From Alphaproteobacteria bacterium (GTDB lineage Bacteria > Pseudomonadota > Alphaproteobacteria > RF32 > CAG-239): a stretch of 64,000 bases of DNA. A model generated the notes under the pieces. It worked only from the letters and a program-made list of their open reading frames with translations. It was not told where the DNA came from and made no database searches. The stretch covers positions 7,756 to 71,755 of the forward strand of contig JAGAZZ010000044.1 of assembly GCA_017939155.1 (NCBI GenBank), given 5' to 3'. Shown here piece after piece: positions 8,217 through 17,396 of this stretch (the first letter of the stretch is position 1; the number at the start of each line of letters is the position of its first letter). A program made the translations under genes and the position numbers.

Positions 8217-9467
8217 TTAAATTTTCCTTTGCAAAATCGCAATAAAAAAGCCATCGCACCCGCCATATTCGCCCAAATGTTGCGGCAAAACCCGCAAAAA
8301 GCCTTTTTCTGTCTGCATTTTTTCACACCCGTTCAAAACAATAGGACGTATCTGAAAATCTTTATTTTTTGCTAAAAATTCTCTAATCACAACCTCACCC
8401 TCAGCTTTGGCAAGCGAGCAGGTTGCATAAACCAAAAGCCCGCTTGAAAGGATAAAGTTTTTTGCTTTTTCTAAAATTTTTTTCTGTAAATCCTGTTGTT
8501 TTTTCACATCATCAAGCGTTTTTAAATGGATAACTTCCGGATGTCTGCGAAATGTTCCGGTTGCCGAACAGGGGGCGTCAACTAAAACAACATCAAATTT
8601 TTTATCCTCCTGAAACTCAAGCGCATCGGAACATCTGATTTCCAGATTTTCCAAAAGTCCGAGTCGCTCAATATTTTCTTTCAGCACATCAAGGCGTTTT
8701 AGCGAAATGTCAACTGCCGTAACTAAAGCTCCTTTATCAAGCAATTGTGCCGTCTTTCCGCCGGGTGCCGCACAAATATCTAAAACTTTTTTGTTTTTTA
8801 AATCAAAAAGTGCGTTAACCGCAAGCGCTGAAGCTGCATCCTGAACCCACCATTTTCCGTCATCAAACCCCTCAAGTTCTTTAACTTTGGTATTGGCTAA
8901 AAAGCGGATACTTCCCGTCGGCAGGATAGTTCCCCTCTCACAAAAAGCAAATCCCTGTTTTATGCTCACATCAAGCGGTGGTTCAATACCCATAAATTTT
9001 TCCATTTCAGCAATAGTTTCAGGCAAATAGTCTTGCTTTAAGATTTTAAGAAAGTCTTTGCTGAAATATTTTGTGTTTTTCTGCGCTAAAATCTCTGTTT
9101 TATGTCTTAAAACATTGCGCAAAATAGCATTAACAAAGTTTGCACCGAATTTATCCGTAGCAGATTTTCCCGCTTCAACGTATGAGTTGATAACCGCATA
9201 TTCGGGCGTATTCATAAACAAAAGCTCGGTTATGCCCAAATATAAAATGATTTCCAAAATTTTTTGTTTTGCGGGAATTTTTTTCTTAACAAATAAAGGC
9301 AACACATCTTCTTTAATAAAGGAAAGCCTGCGTAAAGCTGTCATAATCAGCATATTGGCAAATCCTTTTTCACTCTCATTAAATCCCTCTTTGAGCTCAC
9401 TAAAAGAGCTCTCTTTTAAGAGTATTTTTTGCATTGTTTTAGCATAAAAAAGTCTGTTCTCAGCCAT
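8217..9467 (-). CDS. rsmB: 16S rRNA (cytosine967-C5)-methyltransferase
   Basis: Has a NusB-like N-terminus, the CAAPGGKT SAM motif, and the DAPCSATG and YATCS catalytic Cys motifs. Confidence 0.9.
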   Translation of the reverse strand: MAENRLFYAKTMQKILLKESSFSELKEGFNESEKGFANMLIMTALRRLSFIKEDVLPLFVKKKIPAKQKILEIILYLGITELLFMNTPEYAVINSYVEAGKSATDKFGANFVNAILRNVLRHKTEILAQKNTKYFSKDFLKILKQDYLPETIAEMEKFMGIEPPLDVSIKQGFAFCERGTILPTGSIRFLANTKVKELEGFDDGKWWVQDAASALAVNALFDLKNKKVLDICAAPGGKTAQLLDKGALVTAVDISLKRLDVLKENIERLGLLENLEIRCSDALEFQEDKKFDVVLVDAPCSATGTFRRHPEVIHLKTLDDVKKQQDLQKKILEKAKNFILSSGLLVYATCSLAKAEGEVVIREFLAKNKDFQIRPIVLNGCEKMQTEKGFLRVLPQHLGEYGGCDGFFIAILQRKI

Positions 9468-9571
9468 AAAATCCTCTATTTCAAAGATTAACGTTTCTTC
9501 ATTAAGCCTTTATTAAAAAAACTCATCTAAAGTTAACCCAAAGTTATTGATATGTAAAGGGTAAAAATATT

Positions 9572-10921
9572 ATGCAAAAACGCTTGTTGACATCCGTTTT
9601 GTTATCTTGTGTCTTGTTTCAAACGCCAAGCTTGGCAAAAGAGGCTTCAAACGCCTACACCTACACGGCTCCTATCGGTTGCCTTGATAAAGAAATAGTG
9701 AAAAATCAATCAGTTTCCTTAATTGATTTAATCAAAATAGGAATATGTAATAATCCCTCGCTTAATGCCGATTATATGGGATTGGTAGCTGAAAGTGCGA
9801 ATTTGGGCGCAGCAAAATCTGAATATTTTCCAGAGATAGACCTCTCATCTGGTTTTGGTAAAAATACCTCTAAAAGACAAGGCTCAAACCATCTTGAAAA
9901 TGACCCTTATAATATAAATTTGGGGCTTTCCTGGCTTTTGTATGATTTTGGCGGACGTTCGGCGAGAATAGATGTTTTTAAGTATTATCTTGCTAATGCC
10001 GGTTTTAATTATAATAAATCTCTCCAAGATTTAATCTTGTCAATACACTCAGGCTATTTCAAACTATTAGGAGCAAAAGAAGACTTAAAAAGTGCCGAAG
10101 TCAATGTTGCTATGTATAAAAAATCTTATGATGAAGCCAGCCGCAAATATGAAGTAGGGCTTGCCGCCTTAAATGATAAGTTGCAAACGCAGACAAGCTA
10201 TGAGCAGTCTAAACTCCGTGTGCTGGAAATGCAAAATGCCGTTAAGCAATATCAAGGCGATTTAGCCATCATCTTAAACCTGCCGCCGCAAACCGAGTTT
10301 AAGTTAAAACAGCCCCCGAAAGACAGGGATTTAACGGCACTTGATAAAAAAGAAACCCTGGATAAAATGATTGAGCTTGCCTCTCGCGAACGTGATGAAA
10401 TAAAAGCTCAGGAAATGAGTTTAAACGCGGCACATGCTAATTTGCAAAATTTGCGTTCTACTCGTTTCGGCTCGTTTTCACTTGCGGCGCAAAGCGGATA
10501 TAATAACACGTGGAACGCCGAGCGCTCGTATAATAAAGATAATTCTTTAACTCTTAATTATCGTTTGCCGCTGTTTACGGGCTTTGATACAAGTTATAAA
10601 ATTTCTGCCGCCAAATCCAAACGCGAGCAAGAACGGTTTTTATTGGAAGAACTGAAAAATGAAATCAAAAACGAAGTCTGGAGCGCTTATCACAATTATC
10701 AAACTTCTCTAAAATCTTATGAAGTGAGCAAAAAAGTCTTAAAAAGTGCCGAAGAAAATGAAAAAGTTGCCTTCAAATCCTATGAAGTCGGAAAAAGTGA
10801 TATTATAAATCTTTTAACTGCGGAATCACAGTTGGCTGACGCACGCGATTCGCTGGTTAATGCTTTTTATACTGTTTTAATCAATAAAGCGACACTATAT
10901 CGAACACTGGGGAGGTTCTAA
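9572..10921 (+). CDS. TolC-family outer membrane efflux protein
   Basis: Has a signal peptide and two OEP-type coiled repeats. It is the first gene of an operon abutting the MacA-like gene, whose start codon directly follows the stop. Confidence 0.8.
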   Translation: MQKRLLTSVLLSCVLFQTPSLAKEASNAYTYTAPIGCLDKEIVKNQSVSLIDLIKIGICNNPSLNADYMGLVAESANLGAAKSEYFPEIDLSSGFGKNTSKRQGSNHLENDPYNINLGLSWLLYDFGGRSARIDVFKYYLANAGFNYNKSLQDLILSIHSGYFKLLGAKEDLKSAEVNVAMYKKSYDEASRKYEVGLAALNDKLQTQTSYEQSKLRVLEMQNAVKQYQGDLAIILNLPPQTEFKLKQPPKDRDLTALDKKETLDKMIELASRERDEIKAQEMSLNAAHANLQNLRSTRFGSFSLAAQSGYNNTWNAERSYNKDNSLTLNYRLPLFTGFDTSYKISAAKSKREQERFLLEELKNEIKNEVWSAYHNYQTSLKSYEVSKKVLKSAEENEKVAFKSYEVGKSDIINLLTAESQLADARDSLVNAFYTVLINKATLYRTLGRF

Positions 10922-12055
10922 ATGCCAAAAAAGAAAAAGCTGAACAAAAAAATTTTTTATACACTGATTGTAATAATACTCATAGCTTTGGGATATTGGG
11001 CATTGAAATCAAATAAATCGCATATAGACCAAGCGCATTTTGAGATGGGAAAAGTCACCAAAGGAAACCTTGCATACGAAGTAACCGCTACCGGAACAAT
11101 CAACCCGATAAACACAGTCACCGTCGGAACACAGGTTTCCGGTATTGTTGAAAAGGTTCTGGCTGATTATAACGACGACGTCAAAGAAGGACAAGTCTTA
11201 GCTTTGCTCGATTCCTCTACACTTAAAGAACAAATGGAAAAATCAGAGGCAAACTATGAACTAGCCAAAGCCAAAGAAAGCAAAGCTAAACTTAATTATG
11301 AGCGAATTAAAAAGCTCTATCAGGATAAGCTGACATCATCAGCCTCGCTTGAGGACGCTGAAATAGAATATAAAGAATCTTCGGCCAATGTGTTAAGCGC
11401 CAAAGCAGATTATAACATCTCCAAAAAGAATTTTGAATATGCAACAATTACATCGCCGGTGTCCGGCACGGTTATCACCAAAGAAATAGAGCAGGGGCAA
11501 ACCGTCGCCGCCAGTTTTTCTACACCGACACTTTTTGAAGTTGCCGAAGACTTATCTAAAATGCAAATTGAAGCCAGCGTTTCCGAAGCTGACATCGGTT
11601 ACATTAAACCCGATATGCCCGCAACGTTTACCGTAGACGCTTACCCAAATGATAAATTTTTTGGTAAAATCCGCCAAGTTCGCCTCTCGCCGACCGAAGA
11701 ATCAAACGTTGTAATGTATACGGTAATTATTGAAATAGATAATTCATCGCGCAAACTTCTCCCCGGTATGACCGCTTCAGTCAATATTATCGCCGAAGAG
11801 GCAAAAGACGTGCTGATGGTCTCCGCAATGGCTCTGCAATATAAACCCTCTGCGGCGGTTAAAGCTCTGATGGATGTTAAAAAAATAAAAGACATAGCCG
11901 AAAACCAAGATGTCGTTTATTTGTTTGAGAAAGGAAAAATCGTCCCGCGTGTCATCACCAAGGGTTTATCTGATATGACTAATATCGAAGTCAAAGAAGG
12001 ATTATCTTTAGACGAAGAAGTGATTATTGAAGCCAACGAACCGAGGAAGAGATAA
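10922..12055 (+). CDS. macA: efflux periplasmic adaptor (HlyD/MacA family)
   Basis: Has an N-terminal TM anchor, a lipoyl/barrel-sandwich domain and a coiled-coil hairpin. Its stop overlaps the next start (TAATG). Confidence 0.85.
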   Translation: MPKKKKLNKKIFYTLIVIILIALGYWALKSNKSHIDQAHFEMGKVTKGNLAYEVTATGTINPINTVTVGTQVSGIVEKVLADYNDDVKEGQVLALLDSSTLKEQMEKSEANYELAKAKESKAKLNYERIKKLYQDKLTSSASLEDAEIEYKESSANVLSAKADYNISKKNFEYATITSPVSGTVITKEIEQGQTVAASFSTPTLFEVAEDLSKMQIEASVSEADIGYIKPDMPATFTVDAYPNDKFFGKIRQVRLSPTEESNVVMYTVIIEIDNSSRKLLPGMTASVNIIAEEAKDVLMVSAMALQYKPSAAVKALMDVKKIKDIAENQDVVYLFEKGKIVPRVITKGLSDMTNIEVKEGLSLDEEVIIEANEPRKR

Positions 12056-12783
12056 TGGCGGAAAATAAAAAAGTCATAGAGGTCAAACACGTTTATAAAA
12101 CTTATTTTATGGACGGCGGCACCAGTCAGGAAGTCTTAAAGGATATAAACTTCACCATTACCTCCGGTGAGTTTGTTGCCATAATGGGCCCCTCAGGGTC
12201 AGGCAAATCAACTATGATGAATATTTTGGGCTGTCTTGATAAGCCAACCTCGGGCAAATATATTTTAGACGGCTATAACATTGATGACAAAGATGATAAT
12301 GAACTCGCCAAAATCCGCGGCAAAACAATAGGCTTTGTGTTTCAAAATTTTAACCTGATGATGAAGCGTACCATTGCTGATAATGTTTCTTTGCCGCTAA
12401 TCTATCAAAATATCGGTGAAAAAGAGCGTTATAAGCGCGCGGTGGAAATGTTAAAAAAAGTCGGTTTAAACGGCTATCAAAACCGCGTCCCGTCCCAAAT
12501 CTCAGGCGGTATGCAGCAGCGTGTCGCGATTGCCCGCGCTTTAATCAATAATCCTGCCATCATTTTTGCCGATGAACCGACCGGAAATCTGGATAGTAAA
12601 ACCTCTGATGAAATTATGGATTTGTTTACTGAGCTGAACCAACAGGGCATAACCATAGTCTTGGTAACCCACGAAGATGATGTTGCAGACTTTGCAACCC
12701 GAATGATAAAAATCAGTGATGGACATAAAGTTTATGACGGCTTGCGGAAAGCTTACAGCAAAGAAAAGGAAATCAAATGTTAA
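12055..12783 (+). CDS. MacB/LolD-type ABC transporter ATP-binding protein
   Basis: Walker A GPSGSGKST, signature SGGMQQR, Walker B IIFADEPTG. Confidence 0.9.
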   Translation: MAENKKVIEVKHVYKTYFMDGGTSQEVLKDINFTITSGEFVAIMGPSGSGKSTMMNILGCLDKPTSGKYILDGYNIDDKDDNELAKIRGKTIGFVFQNFNLMMKRTIADNVSLPLIYQNIGEKERYKRAVEMLKKVGLNGYQNRVPSQISGGMQQRVAIARALINNPAIIFADEPTGNLDSKTSDEIMDLFTELNQQGITIVLVTHEDDVADFATRMIKISDGHKVYDGLRKAYSKEKEIKC

Positions 12784-13994
12784 GAGCCATATTAAAAGAA
12801 GCCTGGATTTCAATTGCCTCCTACAAGCTGCGGACGTTTTTGACAATGCTTGGTATAATGATTGGTGTTGCTGCGGTGGTGATGATGGTTTCCGCTGGAC
12901 AAGCGGTACAAAACCGAATTACGCAAACCTTTGCCTCTATGGGCAGTAATTTAATCTTGATAGGTCCTGCCGAATTAGTCAGCGGTGGTGTTCGCGGCGG
13001 ACGTGGCAAACCGAGCGTGACCGTTGCCGATGTTGCAGCCTTAAAAACCTTAAAAGATGTTGAAACCTCTTCTTATAATATGGGCGCCGCCGTGCAAGCC
13101 GTCTATGGTTCAAGCAACTATGGTGTCAGTGTTCGCGGTACTAATCCGGATTTTCTAAACGTTAATAACTGGGAGATAGATGACGGTATAATGTTTACCG
13201 ATAAAGACGTTAAAGCCGCCAAACCCTATGTTGTTATCGGGCAGACGATAGTTGATGAGCTGTTCGGTTTGCAAAATCCTATCGGTAAAACTCTGCGTCT
13301 GAAAGGCAAACCCTTTACAGTCATCGGTACGCTTAAAGCTAAAGGTGATGGTTTAATGGGTGATGACCAGGATAATATCGTTATAATGCCCTCCACCACA
13401 CTCCGCCAGCGTTTAGAGGGTTCAGACCGTCCTGAGTTTGTGAATATTGCTTTTGTTAAAGCAACCTCGGAAGATAAAATGGAGAGTGTCGCCAAACGGG
13501 TGGAATATATGCTCCGCACGCGTCACCGCTTAAAAGACGGCGTAAAAAATGATTTTACCGTCCGTTTAATGACCGAAATGGTTGAAAAAGTGCGTTCAGT
13601 CGGCTTTATCCTTTCCGCTCTTCTTGCCGCCATAGCTTCCATATCGCTGATTGTCGGCAGTATCGGCATTATGAATATGATGTTGGTATCAGTCACCGAG
13701 CGCACGCGTGAAATCGGCACGCGCAAAGCCTTGGGCGCCCCAAATAGCTGGATAATGGCGCAATTTTTAGCTGAATCAATTTTAATTTCATTTATCGGCA
13801 GTTTTATCGGTATGGTCTTTGGCGTTGTCTTTTCGCAAATCGGCGGCTATATAATGAATTATGATGTACCGATTTCCATCTGGTCGGTTATCGTATCGGT
13901 AACGGTTGCGGTGGTTGTCGGTATCGTTTCAGGCTTAATGCCCGCACTTAAAGCCATGCGCCTGAACCCGATAGACGCCCTGCGCTATCAATAA
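12777..13994 (+). CDS. MacB-type ABC permease (MacB_PCD + FtsX domains)
   Basis: 405 aa with an N-terminal TM segment, a large periplasmic domain and a C-terminal 3-TM FtsX-like bundle. It overlaps the ATPase gene by 7 nt. Confidence 0.9.
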   Translation: MLRAILKEAWISIASYKLRTFLTMLGIMIGVAAVVMMVSAGQAVQNRITQTFASMGSNLILIGPAELVSGGVRGGRGKPSVTVADVAALKTLKDVETSSYNMGAAVQAVYGSSNYGVSVRGTNPDFLNVNNWEIDDGIMFTDKDVKAAKPYVVIGQTIVDELFGLQNPIGKTLRLKGKPFTVIGTLKAKGDGLMGDDQDNIVIMPSTTLRQRLEGSDRPEFVNIAFVKATSEDKMESVAKRVEYMLRTRHRLKDGVKNDFTVRLMTEMVEKVRSVGFILSALLAAIASISLIVGSIGIMNMMLVSVTERTREIGTRKALGAPNSWIMAQFLAESILISFIGSFIGMVFGVVFSQIGGYIMNYDVPISIWSVIVSVTVAVVVGIVSGLMPALKAMRLNPIDALRYQ

Positions 13995-14034
13995 ATAAGG
14001 AACCCGCCGGTCTAGCCGGTGGTTTTCGAGATAC

Positions 14035-14075
14035 AAAAAAATCCCCCGCAATTTGAAATTGCGGGGAATTTTTTT
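14035..14075. terminator. bidirectional Rho-independent terminator
   Basis: CCCCGCAATT-TGA-AATTGCGGGG is a perfect 10-bp stem at 14044-14066. It is flanked by an A-run upstream and TTTTTTT downstream, between convergent genes. Confidence 0.85.
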
Positions 14076-14089
14076 AAATTTTGGAGAAA

Positions 14090-14674
14090 CTAGAAAGAAA
14101 TCACCGGGCGTATGAGAGCCCATTCGCCCTTCGGAAGCTTCGCTCCTGGAAACCCGTCATCGATGCCCACTACTGTCTTGCGACCAAGGTTATAATCGTC
14201 GGATGACCAGTAAAGACGATGGAGAGAAAGCTCGGGAGCTTTTAGCGCTCTTAATGCTTCATTTATAGCGGGTACGTTTCCAACTAACGTCCGCAACTCT
14301 TTATATGACGGCATATGCGCTTCGCCCCGTTTCACACCATCTTCAGCATACTTCTTACAGTATTGCTCTGCCTCAACCCATTCCATCCTCTTTTCCTGCA
14401 GACAAACCGCTACCACATCAATCCACGTCCAATACCCCTTTCTATGTACCTCTGCAGACCCGATAACCGCCATAATTTGACGACCTTCGATAATCTCGGC
14501 AGAAACCTGTCCGTTGGCATAAACATACATACCGGGGAAAATGTCTTTCGACTTCCTATCTCGGAGTGTATCAGCGTTACGTTGTAAATAAGCGATAACT
14601 TCATCTATCGATAAGCCGGTTTCTGTTTCTTTAAGTTTTTCTGCAATTGCTTTCAATTTTTCTTCTGCATTCAT
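14090..14674 (-). CDS. DUF1566 (Lcl C-terminal domain)-like protein
   Basis: 194 aa. The pattern EWVEAEQYC...HMPSYKEL...YWSS...IRPV matches the DUF1566 signature as I recall it. No signal peptide and no SD. The gene looks more GC-rich than its surroundings. Confidence 0.55.
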   Translation of the reverse strand: MNAEEKLKAIAEKLKETETGLSIDEVIAYLQRNADTLRDRKSKDIFPGMYVYANGQVSAEIIEGRQIMAVIGSAEVHRKGYWTWIDVVAVCLQEKRMEWVEAEQYCKKYAEDGVKRGEAHMPSYKELRTLVGNVPAINEALRALKAPELSLHRLYWSSDDYNLGRKTVVGIDDGFPGAKLPKGEWALIRPVISF

Positions 14675-14744
14675 AATGATAACTGATTAAATTAATAATA
14701 TATATTACACTACCCATTATACTACACATAAACAAAAAAAGCAA
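14675..14744 (-). promoter_or_regulatory. promoter/leader module a: TTGCTT-17-TATAAT-16-ATTATTAAT-16-ATG
   Basis: Plus-strand coordinates are -35 at 14739-14744, -10 at 14716-14721 and the 9-mer box at 14691-14699. The leader has no GGAG/AGGA. Confidence 0.55.
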
Positions 14745-14898
14745 GTGATTTTTTTGCGTTATTACCCCTCAGTCACTGATTGACACTGAAGGCATCTGTT
14801 GTTCTGCCTTTCTGTCCGCCGACCCCTGCTCCGGACTTGCCTTTGCCCCTGCAAACCCGTTTCTTCTGAATAATCACCATTAAAAAAATCCCTTTAAA

Positions 14899-14928
14899 TG
14901 AACTGTCCAACTTTTTAGGGACAGTTCA
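14899..14928 (-). terminator. hairpin downstream of the DsbC-like gene
   Basis: TGAACTGTCC/GGACAGTTCA is a perfect 10-bp stem with a 10-nt loop. On the minus strand the T-run is displaced (TTTAAAGGGATTTTTTT). Confidence 0.45.
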
Positions 14929-14944
14929 CTGACGGGCTTTAATA

Positions 14945-15472
14945 CTATTTCTTTTTTGCCGAATGTTCGTCAAGCAGGCTCTGTAACATCTCCGGTGTTC
15001 TTGTCGCATAGATAAAATCTTCTGCCGTATAAGTCGTCCCGTCCTCAAAAATAACCGCCGGCAAATAAATTCCTTGTCCGTGTGCATATTCGTCAATCTT
15101 TTCCAAAGGCGCCTCACAATCTTTGGCATCCGCCGGCAAAGCGCGCATATCATACCACTCCTGCCAAGCTTTAACCTTATCTTCACTGCACCAAATCGCG
15201 TTAGTCTTTCTTGGCGCGTCAGGGTGATAAGACGCCACCGGCATAACAAATGTATGAATTTTGACATTATCAAGCGAATGCAAAAAACTTTCCGTCCTTT
15301 GGCAATGCGGGCAGTCCAAATCGCAGAAAATATACATATTCCGTCTGCCATCGCCTTTAACACGCTCAAAAGATAAATCCATCGGTAATGTTTTAACATC
15401 AATCGTCATCGGTGCGGCAAAAGCATTTAAACTAACTAAAGCGCCAGCCAAAACAAATTGCCATTTTTTCAT
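14945..15472 (-). CDS. periplasmic thiol:disulfide interchange protein (DsbC/DsbG-like thioredoxin fold)
   Basis: Has a signal peptide (ALVSLNAFA), the CPHC active site and SD GGGAG. It starts 27 nt after the gltX stop. Confidence 0.7.
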   Translation of the reverse strand: MKKWQFVLAGALVSLNAFAAPMTIDVKTLPMDLSFERVKGDGRRNMYIFCDLDCPHCQRTESFLHSLDNVKIHTFVMPVASYHPDAPRKTNAIWCSEDKVKAWQEWYDMRALPADAKDCEAPLEKIDEYAHGQGIYLPAVIFEDGTTYTAEDFIYATRTPEMLQSLLDEHSAKKK

Positions 15473-15499
15473 AAAGTACTCCCTAATTAATAATTATAA

Positions 15500-16822
15500 T
15501 TAAGCTCTCTCGCCTTTAAGCCGCTTATAAGCCTTATCATAGCCAATCAGTGGCAATAATGTTTTAAGCTCCGGTCCGTTTGCCTCTGCAGTCAATGCCA
15601 TACGGATAGGATGAAATAGCTCTTTGCCTTTGCGTCCGGTCTTGGCTTTAAGCTCATTTAACCACGCATTAAAGGTTTCATCACCAAAGTTGCCCTTGGG
15701 CAATAAATCAGCCGCAAGTGATGTAAATTCAACATCTTCCACAATAGGCGTAATCTCTTTGTTGCAGATATTATCCCATAACGCCACATCTTTGGCTGTT
15801 TCCAAATTGCCTTTAACATCATCCCAAAAGATTTCACTCACGCCAAAAGTATCTTTAAGCGCAGAGTAGGGCATATTATGCACCAATTTTGTATTAAACT
15901 TTTTCAACTCTTCTTCATCAAACTTCGGCTGTGACCGCCCGATTTTGCCAAAGTCCAAAGTTTCTGCAAGCGCTTCTAAAGAATAAAACGGCTCAATCGC
16001 TTCTGATGTTCCGAGTTTAGCTAAAAACGAACAAATCGCCATTGCTTCGATTCCGTCTTCACGCAATTCACGTACGCCAAGGCTACCCAATCGTTTGGAG
16101 AGTTTTCCTTCTTTACCGGTCAAAAGCGGCAAATGTGCAAATGTCGGCACTTTCCCGCCAATCGCCTTAAACATCTGGATTTGCGCTGCCGTGTTAGTAA
16201 CGTGGTCTTCTCCGCGCACAATATGCGTAATTTGAAAATCCACATCGTCAATCACCGACGGCAAATGATACAAATAACTTCCGTCTTCGCGAATAATAAT
16301 CGGGTCAGAAAGTTTATTTGCGTCATATCTGCACACCCCGCGCACCACATCGTCCCACATAATCTCTTCATCAACGAGCTTAAAACGATAGTGAGGTTTG
16401 CGTCCTTCCGCCTCAAATTTTGCAATGTCTTCTGCTGTATAGTTCAAAGCCTGACGGTCATAAATCGGCGGTAAACCTTTGGCGAGCAAACGTTTACGCT
16501 TAAATTCCAACTCTTCGGGGGTATCATAACACGCATAAATGCGTCCCGCTTTCTTAAGCTCTGCTACCACAGCGTCATAGCGTTCAAAACGAGCAGACTG
16601 GCGAGCCTCTTCATCCCAGCTGATACCAAGCCACGTTAACGCATCGCGGATTCCGTCTTCATATTCTTTTTTAGAGCGCACTTTGTCCGTATCATCAATA
16701 CGCAACAATAATTTGCCGCCCATCTTTTTAGTCCAAAGATAATTAAATAAAGCTGTTCTCGTATTGCCGATATGCATCCACCCTGTCGGGCTTGGTGCAA
16801 ATCTGACTTTAATGTTTGTCAT
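15500..16822 (-). CDS. gltX: glutamate--tRNA ligase
   Basis: PSPTGWMHIGN (HIGH-type) and KLSKR (KMSKS-type) motifs; 440 aa. Confidence 0.95.
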   Translation of the reverse strand: MTNIKVRFAPSPTGWMHIGNTRTALFNYLWTKKMGGKLLLRIDDTDKVRSKKEYEDGIRDALTWLGISWDEEARQSARFERYDAVVAELKKAGRIYACYDTPEELEFKRKRLLAKGLPPIYDRQALNYTAEDIAKFEAEGRKPHYRFKLVDEEIMWDDVVRGVCRYDANKLSDPIIIREDGSYLYHLPSVIDDVDFQITHIVRGEDHVTNTAAQIQMFKAIGGKVPTFAHLPLLTGKEGKLSKRLGSLGVRELREDGIEAMAICSFLAKLGTSEAIEPFYSLEALAETLDFGKIGRSQPKFDEEELKKFNTKLVHNMPYSALKDTFGVSEIFWDDVKGNLETAKDVALWDNICNKEITPIVEDVEFTSLAADLLPKGNFGDETFNAWLNELKAKTGRKGKELFHPIRMALTAEANGPELKTLLPLIGYDKAYKRLKGERA

Positions 16823-16937
16823 TGTTATTTTACCTCAAAATACCTAAATTACCGCCATAATACCGCGATTTTTTATAATTTCAACGTAAAAATTTATTTT
16901 GTCTTTAACCTTACAAAAATATATCTTGCAGACAATA

Positions 16938-17396
16938 TCAAACTTTTTGCTCAAAACTGCCGTTCATATTTTGCTGCCAATAATGAAGCTCAAAACCTTG
17001 TGTTTTAATCTCTTTCCAATAAGCGCGCGCATTGTTAAGTGCTACTTCATTATTGCCGTCAAAAATATTTAACACCCGCTCAAAATCGTTTAGTTTGGAA
17101 ACTTCCGGTTCTGCTCCGTCCACTAAAATCAAAAGCGCAGCTCCGTTTTCATTTTCTTCGCTAGCAGAGATAAAAATCGGCTGGTCTTCAACAAAGCCGT
17201 CTTTTTTACTGCCATGCGGTAAAAAAGATTCCTCATTATATGTCCATAAAAGCGAATTAATAAACTCAACTCTCTCTTCCGTTCCGACTAAAATTTTTAT
17301 TCTTTTTTTTGTTGCATAAGCTTTCTCGGCAAGTTTAGGTAAAACTTGCTCCAAAGGGGCTTTTTGCAGATGGTAAAAGTCAATTCTTGTCATCAT
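16938..17396 (-). CDS. holC: DNA polymerase III subunit chi
   Basis: About 150 aa. The IDFYHL start and the LLWTYNEESFLPHG motif are typical of chi. Confidence 0.85.
   Translation of the reverse strand: MMTRIDFYHLQKAPLEQVLPKLAEKAYATKKRIKILVGTEERVEFINSLLWTYNEESFLPHGSKKDGFVEDQPIFISASEENENGAALLILVDGAEPEVSKLNDFERVLNIFDGNNEVALNNARAYWKEIKTQGFELHYWQQNMNGSFEQKV

Noticed and set aside
14675-14744. Reading the TTGC(T/A)T element as a sigma54 -12 box
   Set aside because: None of the five modules has a GG dinucleotide (TGGCAC-like -24 element) 10-11 nt upstream. The 17-nt spacing to TATNNT fits sigma70 instead.
14926-15402. Alternative-frame and antisense ORFs overlapping real genes. Examples: 14926-15402, 14315-14604, 54872-55526 alt frames, 294-1023, 26380-26764, 47756-48162, 48600-49643, 56377-57036, 59704-60507.
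   Set aside because: Each lies entirely inside a better-supported gene with clear family motifs. They lack SDs and have the biased composition typical of shadow ORFs.
15486-15494. A sixth ATTATTAAT 9-mer, upstream of the DsbC-like gene
   Set aside because: It lies 13 nt from the ATG with a normal GGGAG SD. No TTGCWT-17-TATNNT sits at the fixed distance, because the upstream sequence is the gltX coding end. An all-A/T 9-mer is expected a few times by chance in 64 kb of AT-rich DNA.
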